A stretch of 63,844 nucleotides of DNA, counting the filler, from Basidiobolus ranarum (taxonomy: Eukaryota): assembly GCA_040143965.1 (NCBI GenBank). It is 35 parts of 35 records of this genome, joined end to end, with 100 filler letters (N's around TTAATTAATTAA, not from the genome) between each part and the next. Parts side by side here need not be neighbours in the genome. Positions count along the whole stretch, not along the records: positions 60,303 to 62,023 come from JASJQH010004480.1; positions 62,124 to 63,844 come from JASJQH010004481.1; 33 more parts are not named here. One strand, given 5' to 3'. The translations under genes were made by a program, and so were the position numbers. The notes beneath the pieces were generated by a model that saw only the letters and a program-made list of their open reading frames with translations, was not told where the DNA came from and did no database searches. Each line of letters starts with the position of its first letter. Position 1 is the stretch's first letter. Positions 61,406-63,844 of this stretch are shown in pieces.

Positions 61406-62123
61406 GCTATGGTATATTGTCAAAGAAAAAACATCATTTTCTCCTCGAAAAGGAAATTAATTTTGTATTGATATAAATTTTTCTGGAGAAATGAAGCATC
61501 TTTTTTATTTGTTCTTACCATGTTCACTAGGCACTATCCCAATTTTGAGGTAATCACTTATGTATTGATTTTAATCACTGGGGTAACCATATCTTCTATA
61601 GAGTTATCCGTCAATGGTAACCCAATAAATGTTGGTTTTGGTGGTGCAATGCATGAATCCTTTTTACGCTACATTATGTCATTTTTACATGGGTATTTTG
61701 ATTTCTATTCTGAACAATCCATATGTTACTTTTAAGGTAGTAAATTATAAATTCCACTTACAACATTCTTACAACTCAATTCAATCACTCTAAGTCGTAC
61801 TTGGAGTTGAGCAGCTATCGGGTAAGATTCAATAGTTACACATGCAAGTAATACATTCGCTACAATGTAAGATACGATCAAGATGTTGAGGTACAGCTGT
61901 CAAACGAGGAGTTATTTTTGGAAGCCAATGATTTATTCTGATTACATACAATACATAAGACGGAAATAATGATATCTACAAGTGAGTTAACAAGCTTGTA
62001 ACCTGCGGGTGGGAATGTCAATCNNNNNNNNNNNNNNNNNNNNNNNNNNNNNNNNNNNNNNNNNNNNTTAATTAATTAANNNNNNNNNNNNNNNNNNNNN
62101 NNNNNNNNNNNNNNNNNNNNNNN

Positions 62124-62351
62124 AGTGACTAAATCTTGACAGCTCATCTTATCAAGATCTGTGGCGACATATCCAGATTTCTCGGGCTTTCCAACGCAAA
62201 CAGCTACATCTAAACTAGCACCCAGAGTGTTGAGTTTATCTACTAGGCCCGTACAATACTTGCTTGAACTAGGCTTTGTTGTATCGTAGGCTGGTAAGGC
62301 AGTAGTGGCGGAGAGTATGACCCAAAAAGCAACTGCAGAGGTGTATTTCAT
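62124..62351 (-). CDS. Secreted Cys-bracketed hydrophobic-repeat protein (paralog 3), 3' truncated
   Basis: MKYTSAVAFWVILSATTA-LPAY..SSKYCTGLVDKLNTLGASLDVAVCVGKPEKSGY..DKMSCQDLV aligns with the genes at 23815-24147 and 25117-25543. Confidence 0.85.
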
Positions 62352-63728
62352 AATATTTAGATGAGTAGAGGGTATACTGAAGAATGTACTACTGAGCAGT
62401 CCGAGAGAGAAGATTTTAAAACAATGTTTATTCAGGAGTCTTATTATTACACCGGACGATAATTTAACTTCATCAATGCCTGGTTGGTTTATTGCGAGGT
62501 AGTATATCACTTTCATTGCCACTATATTGCTAACCCTGTTGGATGGCGATTTTAATGATGGTTTAATAAATCGATGAAACCTCTGTTAAGTGCTTGTAGG
62601 AGAGCGAAGGGGTATATCTTCCAAATAAACAAATTTAGTTCCCTCAATAAATAAACTTGACTCCCAATCCCTCGCAACAGCCAATGAATCCCTTGTACTA
62701 GACGAAGCAATTAATTGGGTTGAAGCAAATTCTAACTCAAATTCAAAATCGATAACATCGATTCATTCACTCAATTTGAGTACCTGAAATGACTCAGATT
62801 ATCACTCGTTTATACCGTTTGCCAATTGTCACACTGTTAAATCTAACTCCAGGAACTATATATATACATATATATTGTATGGAGGTATACATTCGTGATA
62901 GAAAGCGGTTTCATAAGCAACTTAGAGTGAGGTTTGTTATCTGAGTTTGGAATAATGATAATCTTATTTTCTGCTTTATTTGCACTCCGTTAGCATACGA
63001 CGAGTTCAATGGAGATCACCTGCAGCAGTAAATGGAAAATGATTTATACTGGAATAACATCACAAGAGACGCAGGTTTAGTAATAAATGAGAGATACGAA
63101 GTATTTTAGATATATTCTTATTCTTATGTTTTAGTGAGTCTAAATACATGCTTATGATGGAGGAGGCTCTTTACCTGTCAAATGGCTTCTCCTAGCCTTA
63201 GTTTGTTTTTGCATTAATGATAAAAAATAACAAATTATTCCTCTGTAACAATTGGGATCCTGAATTTTACTTCAGTGACAGCATCATGAAGCCTGGTTCC
63301 TGAGATGAGTGTAATTTCGAGACTTGATTCACTGATAAATTGATTGATTAACTTTATTTCGATTGTGCTATTTTTATAAGGTTGATCAGAGGAAAATCAA
63401 GTGGCATTCCTGCCGGATTTGGGAGTGTGATATTGCGATGTAGGTTTATTTCGAAATTTATACCTATAGTATAATAATAATATTAGGGATATTTCACCTA
63501 GAGTTTAGTAACCTTTAATTCATGGATTTTGAAGATATGTACATTTTTATAACGGTTTCGGTAATTGTGAGGCGTGTAGAAAAGGAACAAATATGAAACT
63601 TAGTGAAGGTTGAGGTTCAGTTATTAGGTATATTTTTACAAAATGTTAAGTTGATTAAGACAGTTTATTGTCTCCGAAATTGCCATCACTTTGTGCTCAG
63701 TAATCCAATTTCTTAACATATTACTAAA

Positions 63729-63800
63729 GCCTACTTAGCGCAGTGGTAGCGCGTCAGTCTCGTAAACTGAAGGTCGCCAGTTCAATCCCGGCAGTAGGCA
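63729..63800 (+). tRNA. tRNA-Thr(CGT): tRNA with CGT anticodon (Thr by anticodon), 72 nt, intronless
   Basis: GCCTACT/AGTAGGC acceptor stem, GCGC/GCGC D stem, TCAGT-CTCGTAA-ACTGA anticodon arm, T arm with one A-C mismatch. Confidence 0.92.
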
Positions 63801-63807
63801 TTTTTTT
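63801..63807 (+). terminator. RNA Pol III oligo-T terminator
   Basis: T7 run immediately after the tRNA discriminator base. Confidence 0.85.
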
Positions 63808-63844
63808 ACAGAAATATTAACTAACAGTTTAGTCAAAGCAAGCA

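Noticed and set aside
23815-63844. Secreted genes, SDR, thioesterase and tRNA as one gene cluster
   Set aside because: They lie on different contigs ordered by length, so there is no evidence of linkage.

Overview
This window is not contiguous DNA. It is 35 unrelated contigs of about 1.72-1.73 kb, sorted by decreasing length (1734 to 1721 bp) and joined by an artificial 100-bp spacer (44 N + TTAATTAATTAA + 44 N), so adjacency across spacers means nothing. The source is an AT-rich eukaryote with short GT-AG introns, most likely an early-diverging fungus (inference; possibly Zoopagomycota/Entomophthoromycotina). Most contigs are decayed, nested, CpG-depleted transposons: a CACTA/CMC (Transposase_21) family with CCCTAACAAA termini, several Ty1/copia families primed by half-tRNA-iMet, and a chromodomain Ty3/gypsy. 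Host genes are eIF1A head-to-head with RPS30, a GST, a GH20 hexosaminidase, an RVxF-ankyrin protein, Hsp70, a BLVRB-like reductase, a UFD4/TRIP12-like fragment, an SDR, several pseudogenes and one tRNA. Best candidates for new biology: (1) a tandemly arrayed secreted precursor in which two acidic spacers ending in RR each precede a cationic antimicrobial-peptide-like segment; (2) a 281-bp solo LTR with a perfect TSD that carries a tRNA-derived Pol III cassette; (3) a secreted Cys-bracketed hydrophobic repeat family, including an inverted pair with homogenised 3' ends; (4) a tRNA with a Met-elongator-like body and a Thr (CGT) anticodon; (5) a (TTxDCETP)n acidic Cys-repeat surface protein. All family calls come from recognising motifs by eye; no database searches were run.
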